A DNA stretch of 64,000 nucleotides from Curvularia clavata. Lineage: Eukaryota. Shown here piece by piece: positions 12,208 to 23,183 of this stretch. Under the pieces are notes generated by a model. That model was given only the letters and a program-made list of their open reading frames with translations. It did no database searches and was not told where the DNA came from. Numbering within the stretch: the stretch's first letter is position 1; each line of letters begins with the position of its first letter. Location of the stretch: the NCBI GenBank assembly GCA_023920165.1, contig CP089274.1, positions 2,232,001 through 2,296,000 of the forward strand. Reading direction: 5' to 3'. The position numbers and the translations under genes were made by a program.

Positions 12208-13121
12208 TCAATGCGCCTCGACTTCCATGCCTGACCACCACTCCAACTCTATGGTCCAAGCCAGTAGATTCGGGTGCTTGATGACCACCATGTCATGTGC
12301 TAACTTCATGACCTTTTCTCGCTTTTCTGCTTTCTCGCCGGCAGGCAGAACCATCAGCGTGTCGTACGCCCTCGCCAGCAGCTTCTCCTCGTACTCCCTC
12401 CGCAACTCGTCATCACGCGTCCAGTTGATAGCCTGCTCGTATATATCTTCCAAGGGGCTTGAAGAATATACTTCGCGCTTGACAGACGTAGTGGTGCCTT
12501 CGAGGGTTGCGCCAACTCGGAGTCGGCGCTCTTCCACGAGCCGTTTGATAGTGGCTGCTTCTTGTGTCTCGTGGATCTCGGCGACACGCATATATGTCTT
12601 TGACGGATCCGGTATCCGACCTTCGAGATATTTATATACGGGAGAGGAGGGCAGCTGGGTGCTGAGGGCGCGAGCGTACTGCATCTTGGTACCGTGTGCG
12701 CGAGCATGATCCACAAGCTTATCGATTGCGGACTGCGACTTTTGTATGTCGTCGCTGTGTTTGGTTAGCATTTGGTTTTGCTCTGTGAAAGCAATCGAAC
12801 TTACAGGTCCATATATATCTGTGCCAGTGCCAGACCGACATCCGTGTTCTCGTCTACCTTTGCGCCTTTAAGCCCCTCGTACATCCCTCTCAAACCCAGC
12901 CATGCCTGGGGATCTTCGGGCTTGATCTTGGTCGCTGCATAGTAGGCTTTTGCTGCATCCTCGAACATGTTCAGCCCATGATTTGCGCGGCCCAGAAAAA
13001 GGTAAGCAAAGTAGTTGTTCGGGTCTTTGCTAATGACTGCTGTGGCTTGGTTCTTAGCTTCGTCCCAGTCCTTTGCGCCAATTGCAGCCTTGGCGGCCTT
13101 GAGGGCTGTTTTTGTAGACAT
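12208..13121 (-). CDS. SKI3: Superkiller protein 3, N-terminal part only (287 aa, TPR arm)
   Basis: Typical Ski3 start MSTKTALKAAKAAIGAKDWDEAKNQA...FLGRA. Canonical intron 12755-12804 (GTAAGT...GCTAAC...CAG). Exon 2 contains YLEGRIPDPSKTY, RREYEEKLL and HDMVVIKHP..AWTIELEW, then a short tail and stop. Confidence 0.88.
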
Positions 13122-13402
13122 TATTTCAATTTAGATAAAGGTGGTCCATTAGGTAGCTGCTATATGCTAGGAATGTGCCATTGAGAGCCGTGTTAGAGTC
13201 GTGTTGTGGTTGTGGTGGGGCGCGGAAATCGAATGACGCACGGCGCGTTGGATCCTAGGCTAGGCCAGCCCTATCGACAAACACCAACGTCAACCATTCT
13301 GCGTTTGCAGGTGAAAACCCATCCTACCCCAGTGCTTCACCATTGGGCCTAAAACCTGTGCTGTGCATCATATCAGTCAATTCACAGTCTTGAGCCGCCG
13401 TC
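13122..13402. promoter_or_regulatory. Putative bidirectional promoter between the two SKI3 halves
   Basis: 281-bp non-coding spacer between two divergent ATGs, with a GC-rich core (GGGGCGCGGAAATC...CGGCGCG) and GCCCTATCGA. Function is inferred from position only. Confidence 0.6.
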
Positions 13403-16400
13403 ATGGCGTCACATGCAGACAGCGCCCATGACTTGCTGGATCTGGACATCTCAACACTACGGCAATTCATCGAGCTATTTCCGAACGAGGGTCTATCAAA
13501 AGTCATCATAGGCTGGCTTAGCAGTGGTATAGCAAAGTACCCACTTACCGCAGAGGGCGATTCAAGAGAAGCACCAGACTTGAGCGAAGGCGGGGTAGCT
13601 CTCACACAAGATGTTCCTGTATCACAAGAAGATTGCCTGGTGTTGATGACCGAAGGCATCAGCGAGGCACCAAAATCTCCTCTCGCCCATTGCCTTCTCG
13701 GAGACTACTATTTGTTCCTCGAGGAATACGAAAGTGCAGTAGAGACTACCAGGAAAGGCCTCAAATACGCAGCTGCAGAGGCCAAAAAGACCGATCTATC
13801 ATTTCAAAAGACGCGCGATGCTCTGAGTAGCACTCTCGCCACTGCTTTGGTCTATTATCAAGCCCCAAGAAACCACTTGGAGGCCAAGGGTATCTTTGAG
13901 TCAATCCTGAAGCGTAAACCTCAATTCACCTCAGCCCTTATCGGTATTGGATTAGTCTTGGAAGAAGAGGAGGAGTATGAGCAAGCCTTTCAGTTTCTGG
14001 AGAAAGCTTTGCAGCAAGACCCTTCAAATGGTCGTATCGGTGCCGAATCGGCGTGGTGTCAGGCTTTGGCTGGCGACTACAAGACCGGTTTAGAAAGACT
14101 CCAAAAGTATCTTGATTACCCCCAGCTCGATGCATCGAAGCAACGCGGTCGTGAACTCCGAGCACAGACACTCTATAGAATAGGTGTTTGCTTATGGGAA
14201 CTTGATTCATCAAAAGCTGCGCGCAAGGACCGACAAAGAACATACGCAAAGCTACTCGCAGCTATCAAGGCAAACCCAAATTATGCCCCCGCGTACACTC
14301 TTCTTGGCATATTCTACGAAGACTACAACAAGGACCGTAGGCGTGCACGGCAGTGCTTCCAGAAAGCCTTTGAGCTGTCACCTTCGGAGGTAGTCGCAGC
14401 TGAGCGACTGGCTCGTCTGTTTGCCAACCAAGGAGAGTGGGACATTGTGGAGGTGGTCGCCCAGCGGGTGGTTGACTCTGGAAAAGCTCGGCAAACCCCC
14501 GGATCGAAGCGAAAGGGTATTAGCTGGCCATACTCAGCTCTTGGTGTTGTCCAGATGAATAAGCAAGAGTACCAGAAGAGTATTGTATCATTTCTGTCAG
14601 CACTGCGCATTAGTCCAGATGACTACTACTCCTACGTGGGTCTTGGTGAGAGCTACCATAACTCTGGACGATACAACTCAGCATCTCGTGCCTTCAATTA
14701 CGCAGAAAACCCCACGGATGGCGTGGTATTGAAGAGATCAGATGAGGAAGGATGGTTCACAAAGTACATGCTGGCCAACGTCAATCGTGAGTTGAGCGAA
14801 TTTGACGAAGCCCTTGCTGGCTATGAAGCAGTACTGGCGGTCCGGCCAAAAGAGTTTGGTGTATCCATCGCACTACTACAGACACTTGTCGAGAAAGCCT
14901 GGCACTGCACCGAGACTGGCTTCTTTGGCGAGGCAGCCGATAGTGTTACCAGAGGAATCGAGGTTGCTGACACTATCACGGAGTACAAGCCGGACGCCTT
15001 CAACTTGTGGAAAGCCGTTGGAGATGCATGCAGCATATTCAGCTGGGTTCAAGACAAGCTCGATCAATGCCCTTTTGAGCTGGTTGTGAAAGTCTTACAG
15101 AGTAAGTCAGATATGGATCTCGACTTTGACGCCCATAAAGACATCGATGGCCTTGGTCAAGCAGAGCTAGCCTCACTTTCCACAAACAGGGATTCGATTC
15201 TCACGAAAATCCTTAAAGCTGCGATTCTAGCCCAAAAGAGAGCGATTATAAGCTGTGCTCATGATATACATGCACAGGCTGTAGCATGGTACAATCTCGG
15301 CTGGACTGAGTACAGGGCGCATGTCTGCTTGGAGCAAGAATCTGGCAACGAGTCCACGTTGACGACATATCTTCGCGCGGCCATGAAATGCTTCAAGCGT
15401 GCCATAGAGCTCGAGGCAGGCAACTCTGAGTTTTGGAATTCACTTGGTGTAATCACGACGACACTGAACCCAAAAGTCGCTCAACACGCATTCGTTCGGT
15501 CTTTGCATCTGAACGAACGCAGTGTGCATACATGGACTAACCTTGGTGCGCTATATCTACTGCAAAACGATACCGAGCTCGCACATGCCGCCTTCTCACG
15601 AGCACAGTCGCAAGATCCCGATTACTCCTTGGCTTGGGTAGGCGAAGGAATCATTGCCCTCCTTACTGGAGATGCCAATGAGGCGTTGTCTCATTTCACT
15701 CATGCATTCGAGCTGTCAGAATCGTCGCTACTTCTCACCAAGCGACAGTATGCGGTGTCAGCCTTTGACTTCATTGCATCCTCCCCATCATCCTCGAGCG
15801 ACATTACGAGCCTGATTCAGCCGCTCTTCGCCCTCCAGCAACTGAGTATACAAGCACCATATGATATTCCACACAGACATCTTGCAGCCCTGTTTTTAGA
15901 GCGCATCGGCAACCATGACGCAGCTGTAACTGCTCTGGACATGGTCAATGAGGCCGTTGAACAGGAATACGAAAAGACAGAATCGAAGCAATCGTTGGCT
16001 CGGGTCGCTCAGGCAAAGACTGATTTGGCTCGCAATCTCCTAGCGGTTGGATCCGACGAAATCGCGGTAGAAGATGCTGAGACAGCCCTTGATCTACTTT
16101 CAGAAATTGAAAGTGATTCCAAACAGGCTGTTATGTCCAGGAGCCAACTTGCAAGGACCAAACTGTCGGCGCGTCTTACAGCTGGCTTAGCGCATTATTT
16201 CTATGGTTCCTTTGATGCGGCCATAGCATACTTCCGCAAAGCTTTAGAGTCAACTGGTGCCAATCCTGATATAATCTGCATTTTGGCTGAGGTCCTTTGG
16301 GCAAAAGGCGGCGAAAATGAAAAGCAAGTAGCTCGCGATCAGATCTTCGCTGCTATTGAGAAGCACGACGGTCATGTTGGTTTGCTGACACTTATCGGTG

Positions 16401-16834
16401 CCATGACAGTTCTGGACGATGACCTCGAAACCATGGAAGCCATTAAAGACGACCTCGACCGTATGCGCACAAATAAGAATCTCACAGATCAACAGCTGGC
16501 TAGGGTAGAGAAGGTCGTGGAAGCTATATCAATCAGCCTTGGTGGTGAAGAACAAGAGCTTGACGAAGCGCGACGCAGCGTCATGCTAGCACCATACAAG
16601 CATACTGGTTGGGCAGAGCTCGCAGATGCAACTGGTGGCAATGAATTCGCAAGTACGCTGGCAAAAGAAACGGCGATGCAAAATGCACCTCCAAAGGGTA
16701 CGCTTGGTGCGGCTGGCCTCGCTGGTGCAATGAATGGAACTGGAGATGTTGGAGATGCCCAGAGAGCCATCATGCTGGCACCATGGTGTAAAGACAATTG
16801 GGGTGGACTAGCTGAGTGCATCCAGAGTGCATAG
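13403..16834 (+). CDS. SKI3: Superkiller protein 3, C-terminal part (1143 aa TPR solenoid)
   Basis: Uninterrupted ORF with the ATG in a strong context (gccgccgtcATGG). Ski3-type motifs: YAPAYTLLGIFYEDY, RARQCFQKAFELS, LGESYHNSGRY, CFKRAIELEAGNSEFWNSLG, AQHAFVRSLHLNERS, AQRAIMLAPW. Confidence 0.92.
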   Translation: MASHADSAHDLLDLDISTLRQFIELFPNEGLSKVIIGWLSSGIAKYPLTAEGDSREAPDLSEGGVALTQDVPVSQEDCLVLMTEGISEAPKSPLAHCLLGDYYLFLEEYESAVETTRKGLKYAAAEAKKTDLSFQKTRDALSSTLATALVYYQAPRNHLEAKGIFESILKRKPQFTSALIGIGLVLEEEEEYEQAFQFLEKALQQDPSNGRIGAESAWCQALAGDYKTGLERLQKYLDYPQLDASKQRGRELRAQTLYRIGVCLWELDSSKAARKDRQRTYAKLLAAIKANPNYAPAYTLLGIFYEDYNKDRRRARQCFQKAFELSPSEVVAAERLARLFANQGEWDIVEVVAQRVVDSGKARQTPGSKRKGISWPYSALGVVQMNKQEYQKSIVSFLSALRISPDDYYSYVGLGESYHNSGRYNSASRAFNYAENPTDGVVLKRSDEEGWFTKYMLANVNRELSEFDEALAGYEAVLAVRPKEFGVSIALLQTLVEKAWHCTETGFFGEAADSVTRGIEVADTITEYKPDAFNLWKAVGDACSIFSWVQDKLDQCPFELVVKVLQSKSDMDLDFDAHKDIDGLGQAELASLSTNRDSILTKILKAAILAQKRAIISCAHDIHAQAVAWYNLGWTEYRAHVCLEQESGNESTLTTYLRAAMKCFKRAIELEAGNSEFWNSLGVITTTLNPKVAQHAFVRSLHLNERSVHTWTNLGALYLLQNDTELAHAAFSRAQSQDPDYSLAWVGEGIIALLTGDANEALSHFTHAFELSESSLLLTKRQYAVSAFDFIASSPSSSSDITSLIQPLFALQQLSIQAPYDIPHRHLAALFLERIGNHDAAVTALDMVNEAVEQEYEKTESKQSLARVAQAKTDLARNLLAVGSDEIAVEDAETALDLLSEIESDSKQAVMSRSQLARTKLSARLTAGLAHYFYGSFDAAIAYFRKALESTGANPDIICILAEVLWAKGGENEKQVARDQIFAAIEKHDGHVGLLTLIGAMTVLDDDLETMEAIKDDLDRMRTNKNLTDQQLARVEKVVEAISISLGGEEQELDEARRSVMLAPYKHTGWAELADATGGNEFASTLAKETAMQNAPPKGTLGAAGLAGAMNGTGDVGDAQRAIMLAPWCKDNWGGLAECIQSA

Positions 16835-17461
16835 ATGGGGTATTGAACACCACTAAGCGCTCTACCACAGTTGGTCCAGGACTTTTCCGCTTTTCATAAA
16901 CCAAATACTTGTTAAAATCACGCCCGGATTGTCTACATCACTAGGAGCCCCATCCATCCGGCTGCGCTGGTTTGCATTTGAAGGCGTCTGAACTATCTAC
17001 GGCGCACCCGATACGAGAATTTGGGGTCCAGAGTTCGGTAATCACGTTGTTACTTCTGCAGTGGCAAAAGGGAAGATACGGTGATGAATACGAAGGTCAC
17101 TGATCCAGCATCTCAGTACTGACATTCTCATCTTGGATTCTTGGCTCCAAGGTTTGGGCTGAGAGTGAAGGATTCGACCAAAAAGCAGTTTAAGCGATGG
17201 GATCATGTTTTCGAATGCTTCGACGACTGGACAATCAATTTCCGTACGGTCAGATGTGCAAGAACTTATGTGGGAGCATGTTGTATAGAGTTTAAAGTGT
17301 ATTCAATTGGTCAAAAGTCTTTCAGAGTATGGCGAGCATGCTGCTCTTCCCGATGTAACTGAATCCTTCTCCTATATCACCCAATGTGGCAGTGTATAGA
17401 TCGACGAATATACAATTGGTTCAACCGCAGTCGATTTCCACCCAGTCTCTCGCCTAAGGCT

Positions 17462-17828
17462 CTAATTACTGCTACTATTTGCGGAGGCATCATTCGTCGC
17501 TTGCATCCGAGCAGCTTTAGCATCCTAGACCTACGTTAGCACTCGCCTCGTCTGAACAAGGTTAGTAAATCCCTATACTCACCACCACTATTGTCTGAGT
17601 GATTGGATCAGTAGGTACAGCGACAGCACCATTTCGCATCAACCATTCCTTCATATCCGCAGGTTCCACCTTCTGAAATGCTTCATACAGCTCAGAGAAC
17701 GAAGTTGAACGTGCTTTGGCCTCGTCGTGACCAATCTGTAGGTAATAACGATTCTCGCCGTCCTCGATTGTAAGTCCGAAGACGTTGATTTCTTGATACT
17801 TTTGGATTGTATGAGGGGCGTGAGACAT
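17462..17828 (-). CDS. Small hypothetical protein (~102 aa)
   Basis: ATG at 17828 and an 82-codon exon, then a plausible intron 17525-17582 (GTGAGT...GCTAAC...TAG) and a 20-codon last exon. No recognisable family. Confidence 0.35.
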
Positions 17829-19306
17829 ATTGTAACGAATGCTGAGGATGTATTTGAAGATGAGAATGCGGACGAGGTAGCTGGCAAAGGTCGTAGGTTG
17901 AGAGGAGTGAATGGCGATAGTGTGGTTTGAATAGCTGATAAATTAAATTTGATTATATGGTAAATTTATGTATACAATTGTCGGAATCTTGATTCTTTTG
18001 TGCAAAATCGTTGTTGCCTAATCGAAGGAATATTCGCCACCTCCGCCAGGCGTTCGCTTGCAGCGTCTGCTGAGGTGGTTTTGATTGCCCTACTACCAAA
18101 TCTGTGTAGATAACTGTCTAAGGCTTTTGATGAAACTCCTGCACTATTCTACCCAGGGAGGTCTATTACCATGAATGAAATGTATTTACACGATTCCAAA
18201 GTTGGGTCATCAGACCCTGTTCCCGTTCGGTGGCTCACGCTGACGCAGCTTCCCTAGCTTACCAGTCTTTTGAATTGCGATCATGCATATTGCTCTTAGC
18301 CTCTGCAAGCTGCTGCTTTAGTGCAAGTTTCTCCTGAGCTAGCTGCTCCAGGGTCGCACGACTGAGTATTTGCAAACCTAACCAGTACCTATAGAACTAA
18401 ATGTCGTTTCCAAGGATTGCACTTCCTTTATAGAGCTACACAAACAGCAAGACTATCCTTTTTGCAGTGACATGTATATCAAAAGAACCCTAGCCCTGAG
18501 TCCTAAAACATTGCACATAGAAAATTGGGCCTCTTGGAAGAATTTATCTATCTCACAGTCTTTTCGTCGTTGTCTCGTACGTGTACGATGGATTTCATTC
18601 GACTTAGTAGCGTGAGCTGAAAGTTTGCCGTAGGGGCTGCTTGCGCAACACTCGCTCTATCATTTGGGGACATAAAGACAACTAGGTACGACGTGTTTTA
18701 CACCGCATCCCTGCCATCTTTTATTGCAAGTACAATTTGCTTGCTCTTTGGCTGTCTAGCAGACGCATGGCTACTAAAGCTTTAGTTGCTAAAGTAACAA
18801 TAATCGTATTACGCCAAACTGAAAACTCAGGCCTTTCCATTTGTCGTCAGCTCTTTAAGCAAACGAGCCCCTTCTCTTTCTGTAGATGCTTAAATTATTG
18901 AGGAGTTGACGCGTGGACTTTCTGTTTGTGGAAACGAAGATCCGATTCTTAGATACAAGATCAGAAGACAACAGCATAAATAAATATGCTGTTAGGGACG
19001 CAGAGTTGTCAACAGTTTGCTCCCTTTGCCCCCTTTGTGTCGGTTAACGGCTAAGGCATTCTGTAGGCCCAGACCGCACTGCGCTTGGCTGATCGCCATT
19101 CAACAGCCCTTGGCACGAAAACACGAGCCTCGTCCACGTCATAATATGGGTTGGCATGCAGCTACCAGGAGCCATGCGCAGGGGCAAATATTCTATTTTA
19201 AAAATCCATTACATATAGAGATGGAATGTTCAGGTTTTAACCTACATTCATTCGCTCTATTTCTATATTTCACGTCCATACTATAATCTACTTTTAATAC
19301 CTGAAC

Positions 19307-20298
19307 ATGTGGGCAAAGGCTACATCAATCCTCGCACTAGCAGCCACGGCTGTGGCGCAAACCAAGGGCTTCAACTACGGTGCCACCAACGCAGATGGCT
19401 CATGTCGCGGATACGACGACTTTGTTCGTTTCTTCAACGAGGCTAAGAGTCTTCCTGGAGTGTCCGATTTCAACACAGCACGTCTGTATACCTCGATTCA
19501 ATGTGGCACTGCAGCCGACCCCATCTCTGCCTTCCGCGCAGCCATCGATACTGATACAAAGATCCTTGTGGGTCTCTGGGCGAGTGCAGGACGTGCGGCT
19601 TACGAAAATGAGCTCAACGCATTGATTCGTGGTGCCAGAGAACTGGGCACCGCTTTCACAGATAAGATCGTTGGCATTAGCGTGGGCTCTGAGGACTTGT
19701 ACCGCAGCAGCGCCCAGGGCGTCGCCAACAACGCCGGTGCTGGTGCTACTGGCGCTGAGATCGAGGGATACATCGGCTGGCTGCGCGATTGGATTCGCGG
19801 CACTGCGCTCGAGAACAAGCCGATTGGTCACGTAGATACGTGGACTGCGTGGGTTCTACCTGAGAACCGTGGTGTTGCGCGGGCTGTGAACTGGCTTGGG
19901 CACAACTCATTCCCATATTTCGAGACCACCCGGCCCAACTCGATTGACCAGGCACGTGAGAACTTTTTCGTGGCTGTGGGTCAGACTGAGAGCGTATCCG
20001 ACGGAAAGGAAGTTTGGATCACAGAGACGGGGTGGCCACATAGTAAGTCATGCGATAAAAAGGGGTTTTTTTTGGATATTATGATGCTAACTCTCGTATA
20101 GGGGGTCCTAACTCTGGCTCTGCTGTTGCATCTCTAGAGAACTCGAAGCGCTACTGGGATGAGGTTGGCTGTTCGCTTTTCGGCACCCGTAACGTCTTCT
20201 GGTACACTTTGAAGGATGCCAATACGGCGCAGACTGACTTGTCTTTTGCTATTACGCCGCTGCAGAACAACACACCGTACTTCGACCTGAGCTGCTAA
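19307..20298 (+). CDS. Secreted GH17 beta-1,3-glucanase/glucanosyltransferase (EglC/Bgt2-like)
   Basis: Signal peptide; motifs GFNYG, ARLYT, ISVGSEDLYR, GHVDTW, FPYFE and WITETGWP. Intron 20043-20101. Ends YWDEVGC...FWYTL...FDLSC*. Confidence 0.9.
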
Positions 20299-20949
20299 AC
20301 CATTAGCTTGACTAAGATTATATATTCTTGTAAAGCAATCCAATACGCCTAGTAATGATTGGCTTCCCGATGTAGAGAACGTTTTCAAGCATGTCGCATG
20401 CAATTCGTTATAGGTTGCGGCTTTTTCAATGTTAAAATTGACCCATCAATGATAACGTCTCCAAATACTAGTTCCTAGAAGCCTCATCTGCGAATTCTTG
20501 CTGGATCCATGCGCCGGACGTGAAATTGACTGTCGGGTCAATTGTCGGGAGTGACTTAGTTTTAGGTTAGCATTGCCAGGCATGCACGTGACCTATTGCA
20601 TTATTAACGAGTACGTCAATATATAAATGGAGCTTCATCATCTGACTCCCAACCTGCTGCGGCTCTAGTCCTAATCAGTCATATGTAGTTTATATAACCA
20701 GAACTGGCATGTGGAGTCCCCACAGTCGGTCGACTTAATTCAGGCACTGAACGCGAATTTCTCCACACAATGACATCAGACGTCATCATTTTGTCGTGAA
20801 TAAATGGACCTTCCTTCTCCGCGGATACAGAATGCTACATGGGTTTTAAAGAAGAAATCATTAGTCGTGATGGCAATAAAAAGACGAAGTATCTCATACA
20901 TGAGCAGCCCTACTGCTGCTATATATTTACTCAACACACTACACAACCC

Positions 20950-22208
20950 ATGTCCACCTCCAGTAGTCCCAAAATCTTTCCTCAGGATTCCTCACAGCAG
21001 CTGAACTATATCCAAGGTAGTTCCCACCAAGTCTTAGGCTTCCAGAACGCCAATTCGCGGCGTTATGCTGTCAAAGACGAGGATGGTAATGCAAGCGGTA
21101 CCGAGTGGGAATGGTGGAGTCGCGAAAACCGAAAGGGTGAATGATCAGGTGTCTTATTTATATTCGCACCATCTGCTGACATAACTTTGTTTCAGGTCGA
21201 CATATACTCCTCCTTAACCACAAGCAAGCACCATCACACGCTGAGCGAACAACCCGCCTTCTTCGAGCGTTGGCACGCATGCTCACCGTCGTAGCGTGGT
21301 GGGACATCTCGTGGTGGATTGGCATCCTCTTTACTTTTGGCTCTCTCTGCTCCATCACAGCTGGTGTCATGCAGTGGCTTCCAATTGCATATCCCTCCAT
21401 CAACTTCGCTGCTGATTCCACCGTCGTCAGCGGTGTAATATCTTTCATCCGCGGCATGTTATTTCTGCTAGGCGGCATGCTACTCGTAGTCGAAGCAGTA
21501 AATGCAAACCAGAGCGACTGTTTCGGTTGGGCCTTAAAAGAAGCCTTGAATTCCGACAGCGAAAATGTTGAAATTGGTCGTACCGACGAAGAGAAAAGTA
21601 CCGGGAATACCTCTGGCTTTCAGCCAGACCGTCGAAACTGCACGCATATTCACAACCCGGACCGTATGAAGCACCGCATTATGCACACCAAGACGTTCAA
21701 AGTCGAGGCCCGTCCAACTCCGGGACCTGAGCAAGCTTGGAAATGGTGGCCCACGTGGGAGGATATCTGCATCCATTATCGCCGCGAAATAGGGTTCAAT
21801 GCGAACCTCATTCTCTTTATTGGAACGGCCATCTATTGGGTTACTAACTTCCTCACCCTGCCAGGTATATACAACATGCTGCCACAGGGCGTGCTTTACG
21901 GACTGTATTATCCTTCTTTTCTGTTAGGTGCCATCTGCTTCTTGATCGCATCGATCCTGTACATTTTGGAAGTGCAGCGCCAGTGGTGGGAACCCGCGCC
22001 CAAGATGGTGGGGTGGTGGGTTGGAATGACGAATCTGGTCGGTAGTTTGGGATGGATATGGAGCGCTTGCTTGGGATATTGTAACAGTAGCTGGTGCGAG
22101 TACCAGAGTACACTGGCTCTGGTTTGGGCGCCAGCAGTATATCTTCTTGGCAGTTTGTTACTTATTTATGAGGCTGTAGAGAAATGGCCGATTCATATCG
22201 CCGGCTAA
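20950..22208 (+). CDS. Conserved fungal multi-pass integral membrane protein, function unknown
   Basis: An intron at ~21137-21195 restores WWSRENRKG|RH, followed by WDISWWIGILFTFGS and several TM helices. The start is uncertain (20950, or 20839). Confidence 0.7.
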
Positions 22209-22438
22209 CAGCCTATCTGGGTGCTATCGACTGGCCTCAAGTATAGAATTAAAGAATTAAAGAATTGAAACTATTACGAATGATTAGTAGGGATATAGAG
22301 GCAATTTGGAGTATATTGTGTTCCAAGGAGTGCTCTTATATATGACCAGGCATGACGTCAAGATATAAAGCCCATCAAAAGCAGCAATATACATGAAGAA
22401 CGCATATCTTATACAACTGAATTATATCATCTAATACC

Positions 22439-23183
22439 ATGACACTCCCAGTTACAGGCAAGTCCGGAAAAGACACGCTCGGGGCACATCTCGAGCGCGA
22501 CTTCGAGAAACGACCTGACCCCGTGGCCTTGACCCAAAACGCCGATGCCTCGCAAAACAGCTCTTCAGGTGTCGACTATGAACCACATCCTGAGAAGTCG
22601 ATCAAACTAGAGCCAGAAAGAGAACGCATCGTGCAGTCCATATGCAACCTCTACTCTGGAAGCGCAAGCGAAGACGACATGATGGTGTATGGTAAAGAAG
22701 CAGTATACGACGACCCATGGAGCTACTGTGATACGAGATACAAGATCGCGGGCCAGTGGTATGGTACGTAACTTGACACTTTTCGCAGTAGGCGGATGCG
22801 AGAATACGCTGGATTAACGCATGACAGGTATTCCTAAAATCATGAAGAGCAGCCGCACAATCAAGACAGAAGTCGTTTCATCAAAGCCCGATGAGATCAT
22901 CTTCAAGCTGCAGCAAGAATACACGCCCAAGCCCATGCCCATTGCCAAGAAAGTGAATAGCTTGGTTACTCTGACGCTCGATCAGGAGGGCAAGGTGAGG
23001 TATCACAAGGTATGTTGAACTGTGCCTGCAGAAACGGGCGAAAGATTGCGCAGGATAGCAGCTCATGTTGAACAGGATATGTGGAATGAAAAGGATTATA
23101 GTCATGAGGGTTTGGGCAAGATTATGAAGGAGCTGAATGGCGATCATTTGACAAAGATTACGCAGCCTCCGGCGGATTTGTGA
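22439..23183 (+). CDS. Conserved hypothetical protein, NTF2/SnoaL-like fold
   Basis: Three exons (introns ~22764-22827, ~23010-23075) give AVYDDPWSYCDTRYKIAGQWYGIPK...SLVTLTLDQEGKVRYHKDMWNEKDYSHEG. Confidence 0.7.

Noticed and set aside
12208..13430. Recombinase-type invertible switch or transposon at the SKI3 breakpoints
   Set aside because: Only weak similarity (CATGG..GTC) between the breakpoints. No clear inverted repeats, target-site duplication or nearby recombinase.
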